This document shows, one piece after another, positions 8,910 to 19,466 of a stretch of 64,000 nt of DNA. Position numbers and translations under genes: made by a program. A model generated the notes under the pieces. The model was not told where the DNA came from. It saw nothing but the letters and a program-made list of their open reading frames with translations, and did no database searches. Positions within the stretch are counted from its first letter, which is position 1. Every line of letters begins with the position of its first letter. This DNA comes from an uncultured Lachnospiraceae bacterium (GTDB taxonomy: Bacteria; Bacillota; Clostridia; Lachnospirales; Lachnospiraceae): the NCBI GenBank assembly GCA_910586355.1, contig CAJUHJ010000001.1:69615-133614 (forward strand), read 5' to 3'.

Positions 8910-10634
8910 ATGATTAGCGATTTTGATTTAGAGGGAAAAAATAAACTGCAGAAAGCGGTTTATTATATGCAGTATTATGGAGTGAGTTATACAGTAAAAA
9001 AAGCGCTGCGTAAATTTGGGGTTTCGGTGAGCGATGAATCGGAATATATGACCTGGTGCCGGAGAAATACGGCTTCTAAAATTGAATTGAAAAGCCAGAG
9101 AAAAGATGCGCTTTCAAAAAGGCTTTCTTTTGTGGTTGTATCTGAAATCGGAACAAACCCAGAGCAGGAAGGATGGAAAAAGCAGACGTGTAAGCAAGTG
9201 ACGTTTGCCACTTTGACACAGGAGACAACGCTGGCAAAACTGTTAGAGCAAAACAGTGGAGAATATTTTATCTTTTCCGGAAAGAATATCAGGGTGCTTC
9301 CGGAGTATTTGTATGAGTTGTCGCTTGCTGTATTTGGACAGCTGACGCTGCATAACAGCAGAATATGTCCGACAAATATGGAACAGGCCGATTTGGTTTA
9401 TACAGATGAAGATAATCTTGCGGATAATAAACGTTACCGGCCGTTTTTCAAACCGGATGCAAGCCAGAATCTGCTTTTAAATTTTCCATATCTTGGAAGA
9501 TGTTTTGCCGTTCGCCGAAGTCTTTTGGAAAAACTGGCGGCAGGCGGGGAAGAAATTATGCTGTTTGGGAATGGATGGTATGATCTTTCGCTGCAGGCGT
9601 TTCGGTTTGCAAAGCATGTAATGCATATTCCAAAACCGCTGTTTTCAAACGTTGTGCCTTATGAAAAAAGAAATATGTTTATTCACAGCATGAATGAAAA
9701 TAATGCAGAATGTCTCAAGCATTATTTAAAATCCGAAAATATTTCAGGGAAGGTGACGCAGTCGGATGTGGAAGGGTTTTTCCATCTGTCTTACGAGCTG
9801 GAACAGGAACCGCTTGTGAGTATTATCATTCCGACCAAAGACCATATAGAGGATCTGAAAAAATGTCTGGAATCACTGAAAAAAAGCAATTATTCAAATT
9901 ATGAAGTGATTCTGGCTGAGAATAACAGCGAAAAGAAGGAAACATTTGCATACTACAAAAAAGTCATAAAAGAAGACAGAAGAATCCGCGTTTTAGTTTG
10001 GGAAGGCGATTTTAATTACTCTGCAATTAACAATGCAGCCGTAGAGTTAGCGAAAGGAGATTTGGTTCTTTGTTTGAATAACGATACGGAGTTTATGCAT
10101 CCGAATGCGCTTCGCGAACTGGTGATTTCAGCAGTGAAACCGGGGGTAGGGGCAAGCGGCGCTATGCTTTATTATGGTGATAAGACAATCCAGCATGCAG
10201 GCGTGATAATCGGCATGGGAGGATTTGCGGCGCATGCGCTTTGGAGCTTAACAGACAGAGATGAAAAATACTATCCGTTTTCTCTGTGCGAAAGGGAAGT
10301 CTCTGCCGTAACGGGCGCCTGTCTGATGGTAAGGAAATCGGTATATTTAGAAGTTGGGGGTATGGGAGAAGATTTTGTAGTTGCTTTGAATGATATTGAT
10401 TTTTGTTTGAAAATACGCGCAGCCGGATATAAAATTTTGTTTAATCCTTATGCGAAGCTCTTTCACTATGAATCAAAATCGAGAGGCTATGAAGATACGG
10501 CGGAAAAGCAGGAGCGGTTCCAGGCAGAAATTACAAAGCTTCAGACGAAATGGGAAGAGGAGATCAAAGCCGGCGACCCATTCTATAATCAGAATCTGAC
10601 ACTGCATCGGGCAGACTATTCGATGGATGTTTAA
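8910..10634 (+). CDS. GT2 glycosyltransferase
   Basis: VSIIIPTKD, FNYSAINN, LNNDTE, AVTGACLM, NDIDFCLK motifs. Confidence 0.85.
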   Translation: MISDFDLEGKNKLQKAVYYMQYYGVSYTVKKALRKFGVSVSDESEYMTWCRRNTASKIELKSQRKDALSKRLSFVVVSEIGTNPEQEGWKKQTCKQVTFATLTQETTLAKLLEQNSGEYFIFSGKNIRVLPEYLYELSLAVFGQLTLHNSRICPTNMEQADLVYTDEDNLADNKRYRPFFKPDASQNLLLNFPYLGRCFAVRRSLLEKLAAGGEEIMLFGNGWYDLSLQAFRFAKHVMHIPKPLFSNVVPYEKRNMFIHSMNENNAECLKHYLKSENISGKVTQSDVEGFFHLSYELEQEPLVSIIIPTKDHIEDLKKCLESLKKSNYSNYEVILAENNSEKKETFAYYKKVIKEDRRIRVLVWEGDFNYSAINNAAVELAKGDLVLCLNNDTEFMHPNALRELVISAVKPGVGASGAMLYYGDKTIQHAGVIIGMGGFAAHALWSLTDRDEKYYPFSLCEREVSAVTGACLMVRKSVYLEVGGMGEDFVVALNDIDFCLKIRAAGYKILFNPYAKLFHYESKSRGYEDTAEKQERFQAEITKLQTKWEEEIKAGDPFYNQNLTLHRADYSMDV

Positions 10635-10653
10635 AAGAGGAAAATGAGTTACA

Positions 10654-11883
10654 ATGGAGAAAAAATCAACAATTGCAAATATATTTTACAATAGCTTCGG
10701 TATGATGTTCTATTATGGCTGCCAGTGGCTGACGACGATTTTAGTCGTCAGGCTGTCAGGGTTTTCGGACGGCGGCGTGTATGGGCTTGCAATGACCTTT
10801 ACGGCAGCCTTTGGAATATTGGCGCTGTTTAATACGAGGCAGTATCAGGTTTCCGACGTCATTGGAGAATACTCAGACAGAACTTATATATACTCGCGCT
10901 ATTATGCAATGGCAGTATCGTTTTTGATTTGCGCGGCAGGTTTGCTGCTGAATCATTATACGCCGTACCAGTGGGGCGTTATCCTTTTGTATATGCTTTA
11001 TAAATGCGGGGAAGCGTGGATAGACGTTTATCATGGCATTGAGCAGAAAAATGGGCGGATGGATTATATCTGTTATTCCTATATTGCCCGCGGTATTTTG
11101 ATGTTGGCGTCTTTTTGCATTGTATTATATCTGACAAAAAATCTGGTGTCTGCAGTAGGCTGTATGACGTTTACAACATTTCTTGTTGCAGTTTTGTATG
11201 ATAAACGGATGGCGGGGCGTTTTATACAAGAGGATGCAAAAACGGACGGCGCGGCTGTTAAGAAGCTGATGTTTGCAATGGTTCCGCTTGTAGTTGTAGC
11301 GGTGACGAACAATCTTTCGATTTCACTTCCGAAATATTTTTTAGAGCGGTATTATGGAGAAACAGTATTGGGCTATTATTCTTCTGTTGCAACGCCGAGC
11401 ATGATTGTGCAGGTTGGGGCGTCTACGATATTTGTACCGTTGATTCTCCCGCTTGCCGACTGTTTAAAAGAAAACGATAAGCGCGGTTTTAAAGATATTT
11501 TGAAAAAAGTGACGGTAGTTTTTGTGCTGTTGTCTATTTTGGCGCTGGCTGTTTCCGCATTGCTTGGAGAATGGTTTTTAACGCTTGTGTTTCAGGAAGA
11601 AATACGTCCGTATGCGTATTTGTTTGTCCCGATTATTTTATCTACGCTGCTGATTGCTGTAAATGCGTGTCTGTTTCCGGTTTGTACAGTCTTAAGGGAA
11701 ATCAAAGGGCAGGTATTCGTTGGAATCGGCGGGGTAGTTTCATCATGGATTGCCTCAATCATTTGTGTCAGACAGTACTCCATGGATGGAGTGGTTGTTT
11801 CTTTATTGATTACGCTGACTGTACAGATTATAATAGAGGTATACTGTGTATACCGTAAGATGAGAAAATGGAAGGAAGTCTGA
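10654..11883 (+). CDS. Wzx-like oligosaccharide flippase (MATE superfamily)
   Basis: 409 aa, about 12 TM segments, R-x-YQVSD and LPKYFL motifs typical of these flippases. Confidence 0.75.
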   Translation: MEKKSTIANIFYNSFGMMFYYGCQWLTTILVVRLSGFSDGGVYGLAMTFTAAFGILALFNTRQYQVSDVIGEYSDRTYIYSRYYAMAVSFLICAAGLLLNHYTPYQWGVILLYMLYKCGEAWIDVYHGIEQKNGRMDYICYSYIARGILMLASFCIVLYLTKNLVSAVGCMTFTTFLVAVLYDKRMAGRFIQEDAKTDGAAVKKLMFAMVPLVVVAVTNNLSISLPKYFLERYYGETVLGYYSSVATPSMIVQVGASTIFVPLILPLADCLKENDKRGFKDILKKVTVVFVLLSILALAVSALLGEWFLTLVFQEEIRPYAYLFVPIILSTLLIAVNACLFPVCTVLREIKGQVFVGIGGVVSSWIASIICVRQYSMDGVVVSLLITLTVQIIIEVYCVYRKMRKWKEV

Positions 11884-11884
11884 C

Positions 11885-12835
11885 ATGGATAAAATAGCAG
11901 TATTGATTCCCTGTTACAATGAAAGCAGGACGATTCAAAAAGTAGTAGAAGATTTTAAAAGAATATTGCCGGAAGCCGTAGTTTATGTTTATGATAATAA
12001 TTCAACGGACGGGACGGACGAGATTGCAAGAAGAGCCGGAGCAATCGTGCGTTACGAATACAAACAGGGAAAAGGCAATGTTATCCGCAGGATGTTTCGG
12101 GACATTGACGCGGAATGTTATATTATTATTGACGGCGACGATACCTATCCGGTGGAGGCGGCGCCTCAGATGATTGCGCGCGTGTTTGAACGCAATGCGG
12201 ATATGGTTGTTGGAGACAGGCTTTCTTCGACTTATTTTACAGAGAACAAACGGGCGTTTCATAATTTTGGCAATTCCTTAGTGCGCAAAAGCATTAACGT
12301 GCTGTTTGATGCAGATATTAAGGATATGATGACAGGATATCGGGCATTTAGTTATCTGTTTGTAAAATCGTTTCCGGTATTGTCAAAAGGATTTGAAATT
12401 GAAACGGAAATGAGTATTCATGCCGCAGATAAAAATATGCAGGTAGAAAATGTAATCGTAGACTATCGTGACCGTCCGGAGGGCAGCGTATCAAAATTAA
12501 ATACATTTTCTGACGGATTTCGCGTACTGCGAACAATAGGCAGAATGTACCAGACGTACAAACCGTTAAATTTTTTTGGAATGTTAGCGGCTGTATTAGT
12601 TGCGCTGTCAATTGGATTTATGATACCTATATTAATTGATTATTCAAGGACTGGCTTAGTACCTCATTTTCCGACTTTAATTGTTTGTGGTTTTGCGATG
12701 TTGGCGGCGATGCAGTCATTTTTTTCAGGCCTGATTTTGAATACGCTGGGCCAGAAAAACCGTCAGGATTTTGAGACGGCTCTTGGGACCATTCGTATAC
12801 ACAGAGATGAATTATTAGAGGATAAAAATAAATGA
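11885..12835 (+). CDS. GT2 glycosyltransferase (DPM synthase-like)
   Basis: LIPCYNE, YDNNSTD, QGKGNV, IDGDDTY, GFEIETE and two C-terminal TMs. Confidence 0.88.
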   Translation: MDKIAVLIPCYNESRTIQKVVEDFKRILPEAVVYVYDNNSTDGTDEIARRAGAIVRYEYKQGKGNVIRRMFRDIDAECYIIIDGDDTYPVEAAPQMIARVFERNADMVVGDRLSSTYFTENKRAFHNFGNSLVRKSINVLFDADIKDMMTGYRAFSYLFVKSFPVLSKGFEIETEMSIHAADKNMQVENVIVDYRDRPEGSVSKLNTFSDGFRVLRTIGRMYQTYKPLNFFGMLAAVLVALSIGFMIPILIDYSRTGLVPHFPTLIVCGFAMLAAMQSFFSGLILNTLGQKNRQDFETALGTIRIHRDELLEDKNK

Positions 12836-13029
12836 AAGTTTATATTTGCCCTGGATGCGGCTGGATTCGTGTAGTATCAAGAAGAAAAAATGTAGAGTGT
12901 TTTAAATGCGGGGAGCATGAAATGGCGCTTACAAAACTTTCTTATAAGAAAGTTGGACATATGTCAGAGGAAGAACGTAAAGACTATGCAAGATCGTGGC
13001 TGTATCTTCACAGAGCCAAACATAAATGA
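12832..13029 (+). CDS. small zinc-ribbon protein
   Basis: 65 aa with CPGC and CFKC; translationally coupled to the upstream gene; GAGG RBS. Confidence 0.65.
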   Translation: MKVYICPGCGWIRVVSRRKNVECFKCGEHEMALTKLSYKKVGHMSEEERKDYARSWLYLHRAKHK

Positions 13030-13038
13030 GGTAGTGCT

Positions 13039-14448
13039 ATGTATAAAAGGGAACAGAAAAGCTGGCTAAAGCATTTGGATTTTACAATTTTAGATATTGT
13101 ATGCACGCAGATTGCTTTAATTATTGCATATGTGCTTCGGTTTGACTGGCATCTGCCATATTCCAGCGAACCATATGAGAGACTGGCGATTGTGATGCTT
13201 TTGATTGATATTTGCGTGGTATTCTTTTTTGAGCCGTATACTGGGATTTTAAGAAGAGGCCATTTTCAAGAAGTCAATTCCAGCATTACGTTTTGTACCA
13301 TTATTTTTGCCGGAATTCTCGCATTTGAAACGGCGACGAAACAGACAGAAATTTATTCCAGGAAGGTTATTTTCTCATATTGGATTATATCAATTGTATT
13401 GATTTTTTTATCAAGGCTTATATTAAAACATATCATTCTAAAAAGAATGGCAAATGAGAAAAATCTTTCCGTTATGATTTTGCTGACTACGGAAAAATAT
13501 GCGCTAGAAGCGTTACATGAATTCAACAATCTTGTATATCGCGATTTTATTGTGGCTGGAGTCATTGTTATAGACCGGGATATGAGAGGGGAAAAAATAT
13601 GTGATGTTCCCGTCGTTGCCTGTGCGGACGACTGTTATGAATATCTGCGTAAGAATGTAGTTGATGAAGTATTTATCAATGGAAATACAAGGGAAAGTTC
13701 ACAGGAATTGTCCAATGAGCTGTTGGAAATGGGGCTTACCGTTCATTATAATCTGGTGCATATGAATTCGCTCGCACCAAATAAGGCGGTAGAAAAATAC
13801 GGCAACTATCTGGTTTTGACTTCAAGTATGAAAATTGCTTCTCCCAGGCAATTTTTTGTGAAACGGCTGATGGATATATTTGGCAGCCTGTTTGGGTTAT
13901 TCGCGTGTAGTGTAGCATTTCTTATTTTTGCGCCGATTATTAAATTACAGTCGCCCGGTCCGGTGTTTTTTTCTCAGGAGCGTGTGGGCAAAAACGGAAG
14001 GAAGTTTAAAATTTATAAATTTCGTTCTATGAATGTCGATGCAGAGCAGCAGAAAGCGTCTTTAATGGAACAAAATGAGATGTCCGGTTTTATGTTTAAG
14101 ATGGAAGACGACCCCAGAATTTTTCCGATAGGAAAATTTATGCGGAAGTTTTCGATTGACGAGCTGCCGCAGTTTATAAATGTCTTAAAAGGGGATATGA
14201 GTTTAGTTGGGACAAGGCCTCCTACGGTAGAAGAGTTTGGACAGTATCAGATACATCATAGGGCAAGGCTTGGAATTAAACCGGGCATCACAGGAATGTG
14301 GCAGGTCAGCGGCAGAAATGATATTACAGACTTTGAAGAAGTAGTAGCGCTTGATACGCATTATATTTCACAGTGGAGCATTGGCTTAGACTTTAAGATT
14401 TTGGCAAAAACACTGCAGGTAGTGATTACAGGAAAGGGCTCAAAGTAA
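13039..14448 (+). CDS. priming polyprenyl-phosphate sugar transferase (CpsE/WcaJ-like)
   Basis: N-terminal TMs; KRLMDI, FKIYKFRSM, DELPQFINVLKGDMSLVGTRP, KPGITGMWQVSGR. Confidence 0.92.
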   Translation: MYKREQKSWLKHLDFTILDIVCTQIALIIAYVLRFDWHLPYSSEPYERLAIVMLLIDICVVFFFEPYTGILRRGHFQEVNSSITFCTIIFAGILAFETATKQTEIYSRKVIFSYWIISIVLIFLSRLILKHIILKRMANEKNLSVMILLTTEKYALEALHEFNNLVYRDFIVAGVIVIDRDMRGEKICDVPVVACADDCYEYLRKNVVDEVFINGNTRESSQELSNELLEMGLTVHYNLVHMNSLAPNKAVEKYGNYLVLTSSMKIASPRQFFVKRLMDIFGSLFGLFACSVAFLIFAPIIKLQSPGPVFFSQERVGKNGRKFKIYKFRSMNVDAEQQKASLMEQNEMSGFMFKMEDDPRIFPIGKFMRKFSIDELPQFINVLKGDMSLVGTRPPTVEEFGQYQIHHRARLGIKPGITGMWQVSGRNDITDFEEVVALDTHYISQWSIGLDFKILAKTLQVVITGKGSK

Positions 14449-14453
14449 ACGGG

Positions 14454-16133
14454 ATGAATGTCGCATATCAGATACGTTATATCAAAAATCTCCTGAAACG
14501 ATATGGTATTCGGGGACTTTTCTATAAGACCTTAGAACGAAGCAAATCTCCTATGTTGGAATATACAAAGTGTTACGCGCGTTATCTGCCGTCAGAAGAA
14601 GAATTGGCAAGCCAGAGGATGCAGACGTTTTCTTATATGCCGTTAGTTAGTATTGTGGTTCCAACGTATGAGACGCCAAAACAGTATTTAAAAGAGTTGT
14701 TGGATTCTGTGGAATCTCAAAGTTATGTGAACTGGGAGCTTTGCCTTGCGGACGGAAGCAAGACAGCGGCAGTAGAGCAGACAGTGGCAGAATATGCCGC
14801 AAAAGATATAAGAATCCGTTATCAGAGGCTTAAGAAAAACGGCGGTATTTCTGAAAACACAAACAGCGGGTTTGCAATGGCAAAAGGAGAATATATCGCG
14901 CTTATGGACCATGACGATCTTTTGGCGGCAAATGCGCTGTATGAGATGGTAAAATGTCTCAATACTTCTTATTCCAAAGAAGAACGTATGTGGGCAATGA
15001 TTTATTCAGATGAGGACAAAATCAATGGAAACGGTTCGGTGCACAGCCGGCCGCACTTCAAACCGGATTTTAATCTGGAATTTTTAAGGCATAACAATTA
15101 TTTTTGCCATTTTCTATTGTTTTCTTCAAAACTTTTGCAGGAAACAAAAGGCCTTAACAAAGCAATGGACGGCGCGCAGGATTATGATTTTGTGCTTCGC
15201 TGCATTGATGCGGGGGCAATTGTTAAGCATGTGCCGAAAATACTTTATCATTGGAGGATTCACGAAGGTTCTACGGCGGGCAACAGCGAAGATAAGGCGT
15301 ACGCATTTGATAATGGCTGCCGGGCGATAGAAGCGCATTTAAAAAGAAGCGGGGAAGAAGGGCATGCAAAGGTAACGGAAAATCTTGGAGTTTACCGCGT
15401 TTCATACAGGCTCAAAGGCAGGTATGATATTACTGTTTTCGGGGAAGACGAAAAACAGCTTCTTTCCATTCGGCGTTATTACCAGAATTTATCTTTTGAA
15501 AAAAAAGAATATTCTTTTCATATTTGTTATAAAAAGGTCAATTCTCTTTTGGATGGGATAGAAAAGGATCGTATGGGCGATTATATATTATATATCCAAA
15601 AGGGCATTAAAATAAAGGCTGAAGGTTTGTTAGAAACACTGGTTGGAAACTGTCAGCATATGCGTACGGCTGCTGTCGGAGTAAAAATCCTTACACGAAA
15701 AAAACGTGTTGCTTCTTGTGGATATACTTATGATGAGAATGGCTGCCTGATTCCTTTTAACAGCGGGATACCAGCGCAATATAAAGGGTATTTTCTTCAT
15801 GCGGCCATTCCAAAAAATGTCAGTGCAATTTCTTTTGGATGCGTCATGTTCCGGCGGGACGCATTGGAAACTGTGGGCGGATTGGACCCTGCTTTGACTG
15901 GAATTTATCAGGAGGCAGATTGTTGTTTTCGTTTGTCGGAGCATGGCTATCAAATTGTTGTGATACCAGAGGTAACTGCGGTGCAGTATGGCAAAGAGAA
16001 GACAGAAGAGAAAAAGGAGCCTTTGCAGTTGTTTTTTGAGCGGTGGAAGCAGAAATTTTTAGTGCCAGACCCTTGTTATAACAGTAATTTGAGCCTTAAA
16101 GTAAATCATACTTATGCAATGAAAAAAATGTAA
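14454..16133 (+). CDS. GT2 glycosyltransferase
   Basis: VSIVVPTYET, LADGS, LMDHDD, YSDEDK, GAQDYD, LYHWR motifs. Confidence 0.85.
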   Translation: MNVAYQIRYIKNLLKRYGIRGLFYKTLERSKSPMLEYTKCYARYLPSEEELASQRMQTFSYMPLVSIVVPTYETPKQYLKELLDSVESQSYVNWELCLADGSKTAAVEQTVAEYAAKDIRIRYQRLKKNGGISENTNSGFAMAKGEYIALMDHDDLLAANALYEMVKCLNTSYSKEERMWAMIYSDEDKINGNGSVHSRPHFKPDFNLEFLRHNNYFCHFLLFSSKLLQETKGLNKAMDGAQDYDFVLRCIDAGAIVKHVPKILYHWRIHEGSTAGNSEDKAYAFDNGCRAIEAHLKRSGEEGHAKVTENLGVYRVSYRLKGRYDITVFGEDEKQLLSIRRYYQNLSFEKKEYSFHICYKKVNSLLDGIEKDRMGDYILYIQKGIKIKAEGLLETLVGNCQHMRTAAVGVKILTRKKRVASCGYTYDENGCLIPFNSGIPAQYKGYFLHAAIPKNVSAISFGCVMFRRDALETVGGLDPALTGIYQEADCCFRLSEHGYQIVVIPEVTAVQYGKEKTEEKKEPLQLFFERWKQKFLVPDPCYNSNLSLKVNHTYAMKKM

Positions 16134-16145
16134 CGGGAGATTACC

Positions 16146-17300
16146 ATGCGGGATGTATTTATTATTGGAAGTAAAGGGATTCCAGCGAGATACGGCGGTT
16201 TTGAAACATTTGTAGAACAATTGGTTCGATATAAAAAAAGCAAAGATATTAAATATCATGTGGCCTGTATGGGAGACACATTCCATGAATTTGAATACAG
16301 GGGCTGCCATTGTTTTCAGATAAAAGTTCCCAACATTGGATCGGCAAAAGCAGTTTGGTACGATATTGCAGCGTTTTTGTTCTGTCTAAAATATATCTGC
16401 CGTCATACGGTAGAATCACCGATTATTTATGTGCTGGCATGTCGGATTGGCCCGTTTGCAGGTTTTTTAAAACGCAGAATTTACCATTTGGGAGGCCGTC
16501 TTTTTGTAAATCCAGACGGGCATGAATGGAAGCGGGCAAAATGGAATAAATTCATTCGAAAATATTGGAAATATTCTGAAAAGCTTATGGTAAAACACTC
16601 GGATTTATTAATATGCGATTCGAAAAATATTGAATCATACATTCAAAACAGTTACAAATGTTATAGGCCAAAGACGGCGTATATTGCTTATGGGGCGGAT
16701 GTAGCAAACAGCAGGATTTTAGATGAAGACGAGACGCTTTTAGCTTGGTATGGAAAATGGAATCTGACGCCGCAGGAATATTATTTGATTGTGGGAAGAT
16801 TTGTGCCGGAGAATAACTATGAGACGATGATACGTGAGTTTATGCGTTCAAAGACGAAGAAAAAACTTGCGATTATCAGTAATGTAGAGGAAAATCCGTT
16901 TTATCAGAATTTAAAAGAGAAAACAGGTTTCGATAAGGATAAACGAATTGTCTTTTGCCAGACGGTATATGAAAAGCAGCTGTTAAAGAAAGTAAGGGAA
17001 AATGCCTGGGGTTATCTGCATGGACATGAGGTCGGGGGGACAAACCCGTCGCTGCTTGAGGCGCTTGGAAGCACAAAAGTCAATTTGCTTTTGGACGTTG
17101 GGTTTAACCGCGAGGTTGGGGAAGACGCAGCGCTTTATTGGACAAAGAAAAAAGGGAGCCTTTCTTCTTTGATTCAAAAGGCAGAGGAACTTGATGATAC
17201 AGAGCGGGATGTTCTTGGCTCGAAAGCAAAACGGAGGATACTGACGGCTTATAGTTTGGAGCAGATTGCAAAGGACTATGAAGCGTTGTTTTTAGGATGA
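16146..17300 (+). CDS. cps2T: beta-1,4-rhamnosyltransferase Cps2T/WchF-like (GT4)
   Basis: VFIIGSKGIPARYGGFETFVE, VNPDGHEWKRAKW, GRFVPENN, HGHEVGGTNPSLLEA. Confidence 0.85.
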   Translation: MRDVFIIGSKGIPARYGGFETFVEQLVRYKKSKDIKYHVACMGDTFHEFEYRGCHCFQIKVPNIGSAKAVWYDIAAFLFCLKYICRHTVESPIIYVLACRIGPFAGFLKRRIYHLGGRLFVNPDGHEWKRAKWNKFIRKYWKYSEKLMVKHSDLLICDSKNIESYIQNSYKCYRPKTAYIAYGADVANSRILDEDETLLAWYGKWNLTPQEYYLIVGRFVPENNYETMIREFMRSKTKKKLAIISNVEENPFYQNLKEKTGFDKDKRIVFCQTVYEKQLLKKVRENAWGYLHGHEVGGTNPSLLEALGSTKVNLLLDVGFNREVGEDAALYWTKKKGSLSSLIQKAEELDDTERDVLGSKAKRRILTAYSLEQIAKDYEALFLG

Positions 17301-18031
17301 AAGATATGAATGAGGTTCGGATTTCAGTAGCCATGGCGACTTACAATGGAGAGCGCTATTTGAAAGAGCAGTTGGATTCGATTTTAAAGAATTTAAGCGG
17401 GCGGGATGAAATTATTATATCAGACGACGGATCTACGGATGGTACGCTAGATATTGTGAAAGACTATCAGAAGGGTGAAATTCCCATTCAAATCGTAAAA
17501 GGCCCCCAAAAAGGCATCAAGCAAAATATAAACGAAGCGTTGAAACATTGCAGAGGACGTTATATTTTTCTGGCAGATCAAGATGATGTTTGGACAGAAA
17601 ATAAAGTAAAGACAGTGATGCATTATTTAGGAAAAGATGGTTGTAACCTGGTCTGCCACGATGCAAAAGTGATGGACGCAGCGCTCATAAAGCTCATAAA
17701 ACCTTCTTTTTTTGACTACCGAGGTTCAAAAGCAGGAGTTTTGAATAACTTTTTAAAAAATCGGTACATGGGCTGCTGCATGGCGTTTGGCAGAAGTCTT
17801 CTGCCGTATGTTTTGCCTGTTCCAGATGAAATTGAAATGCACGACCAATGGATCGGGATGATTAACGACATCAAAGGAGGGCGCAGCAGGTTTATTGAAG
17901 ATAAGCTGTTGTTTTACCGCAGACATGATACAAATGTCTCTGATTTTTCCCATGGGACAATACTTGAAATGATTGGCAAAAGATACCGTCTTTTCCGCGC
18001 TTTGGTAAAAAGATTGTGGTTTCACAGATAA
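17297..18031 (+). CDS. GT2 glycosyltransferase (RgpB-like rhamnosyltransferase)
   Basis: ISVAMATYNGERY, SDDGSTD, FLADQDDVW, GCCMAF, MHDQWIG, YRRH. Confidence 0.85.
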   Translation: MKDMNEVRISVAMATYNGERYLKEQLDSILKNLSGRDEIIISDDGSTDGTLDIVKDYQKGEIPIQIVKGPQKGIKQNINEALKHCRGRYIFLADQDDVWTENKVKTVMHYLGKDGCNLVCHDAKVMDAALIKLIKPSFFDYRGSKAGVLNNFLKNRYMGCCMAFGRSLLPYVLPVPDEIEMHDQWIGMINDIKGGRSRFIEDKLLFYRRHDTNVSDFSHGTILEMIGKRYRLFRALVKRLWFHR

Positions 18032-18179
18032 ATTTGACAAGTCTGTGAACGGCATTTTGTACAATTTGCATAAATTTAATTACCTTCAAAAGATTGACAG
18101 ATGTGAAAAAAAGAGATATATTTATTGGTGATTGTTAAAAATACTTTAGGCTTATGAACTTTGAAAGAACGGAGAGCAT

Positions 18180-19328
18180 ATGAGTACGAAGAGAAAAAAG
18201 AAAAAAAGAAAAAACAAAATAGTATTATTTGTCGTTGAAATCATTATTTTAGCAGCGCTTTTGGTAGGGCTGTATGTTTATTCCAGAATGAATCAAGTAG
18301 ACAGTACCGGGGAAATTGAACAAGAAGAAGTAAACGTTGAATTGGATTCTGAAACGGCAGAAGTGTTAAAAGGATATACGAATATTGCATTATTTGGTCT
18401 GGACAACCGTGAAGTTGGAAAATATACTTCGGGCAACAGCGATACCATTATGATTGCAAGTATCAACAATGATACGAAAAAAGTAAAATTGGTGTCTGTA
18501 TACCGCGATACATTTTTAAATGTAAAAGATGACACTTATAGAAAAATTAATGCAGCGTATGCTCTTGGCGGACCCAAAGGAGCGATAGCAGCGCTGAATA
18601 AAAATCTGAATCTGGATATTGTGGATTATGTTTCTGTGGATTTTGGGGCGGTTGTAGACGCTGTGGATTTATTGGACGGAATCGAATTAGAGCTTACCAA
18701 TCAGGAAGTCCAGATTATGAACGACAACTATATTGATGAGATTAATAAAGTGACAAACCATTCGTCCAGTAAGTTAAGCGGCGGAGGCACCCATACCGTA
18801 GACGGCGTACAGGCGCTTGCATACTGCCGTATCCGTTATACTGCCGGCGACGACTTTAAACGTACCGAGCGCCAGAGGACGGTTTTAACAAAAATGATAG
18901 AAAAAGCAAAAGGCTCCAGCCTGACTACAATCGGCGGTATGATTGACAGTATGATGGATGAGATTTCTACCAGTTTGACAAGCAAGGATTTACTAAAGTT
19001 AGCCGGAGATGTGATGGGGTATGAATTAGCCGGCACACATGGCTGGCCGTTTGAGTTGTGTACTGGAAACTATGGTTCCCAGTCGTCCCTTGTGGTTCCG
19101 ACAGATTTAGAGACAAATGTAGAAGAGCTGCATGAGTATCTCTTTGATGAGAAGAATAATGTTTCAAATACAGTGACGGGCCTTAGCGATTATATTAGAA
19201 ATTATACAGGCTGTACGCCGGAATCGACGACGAGGTTTGATAATCCTTTGACAGATGATGATAATACAAGTACTGTTGATACCGGTTATGTTTTACCGGA
19301 AGATGGAGACGACGGATTATCCGATTAA
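18180..19328 (+). CDS. LCP (LytR-CpsA-Psr) glycopolymer transferase
   Basis: Basic N-terminus plus TM; NIALFGLD, SDTIMIAS, VSVYRDT, KINAAY, ALAYCRIR, DFKRTERQR. Confidence 0.92.
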   Translation: MSTKRKKKKRKNKIVLFVVEIIILAALLVGLYVYSRMNQVDSTGEIEQEEVNVELDSETAEVLKGYTNIALFGLDNREVGKYTSGNSDTIMIASINNDTKKVKLVSVYRDTFLNVKDDTYRKINAAYALGGPKGAIAALNKNLNLDIVDYVSVDFGAVVDAVDLLDGIELELTNQEVQIMNDNYIDEINKVTNHSSSKLSGGGTHTVDGVQALAYCRIRYTAGDDFKRTERQRTVLTKMIEKAKGSSLTTIGGMIDSMMDEISTSLTSKDLLKLAGDVMGYELAGTHGWPFELCTGNYGSQSSLVVPTDLETNVEELHEYLFDEKNNVSNTVTGLSDYIRNYTGCTPESTTRFDNPLTDDDNTSTVDTGYVLPEDGDDGLSD

Positions 19329-19345
19329 AATATCAGGATATAATT

Positions 19346-19384
19346 AAAAAAGTGAAAGATGAATTTTCATCTTTCACTTTTTTT
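19346..19384 (+). terminator. intrinsic terminator
   Basis: aaaaaagtgaaagatgaa / ttcatctttcactttttt perfect inverted repeat with T tail. Confidence 0.85.
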
Positions 19385-19466
19385 GCACTTTATTTTCACA
19401 AAAGCAACACAAATTCGCGGTAGACTGATGGAAAGTAACAGAGATACACAAAGTAATTGAGAGGAG

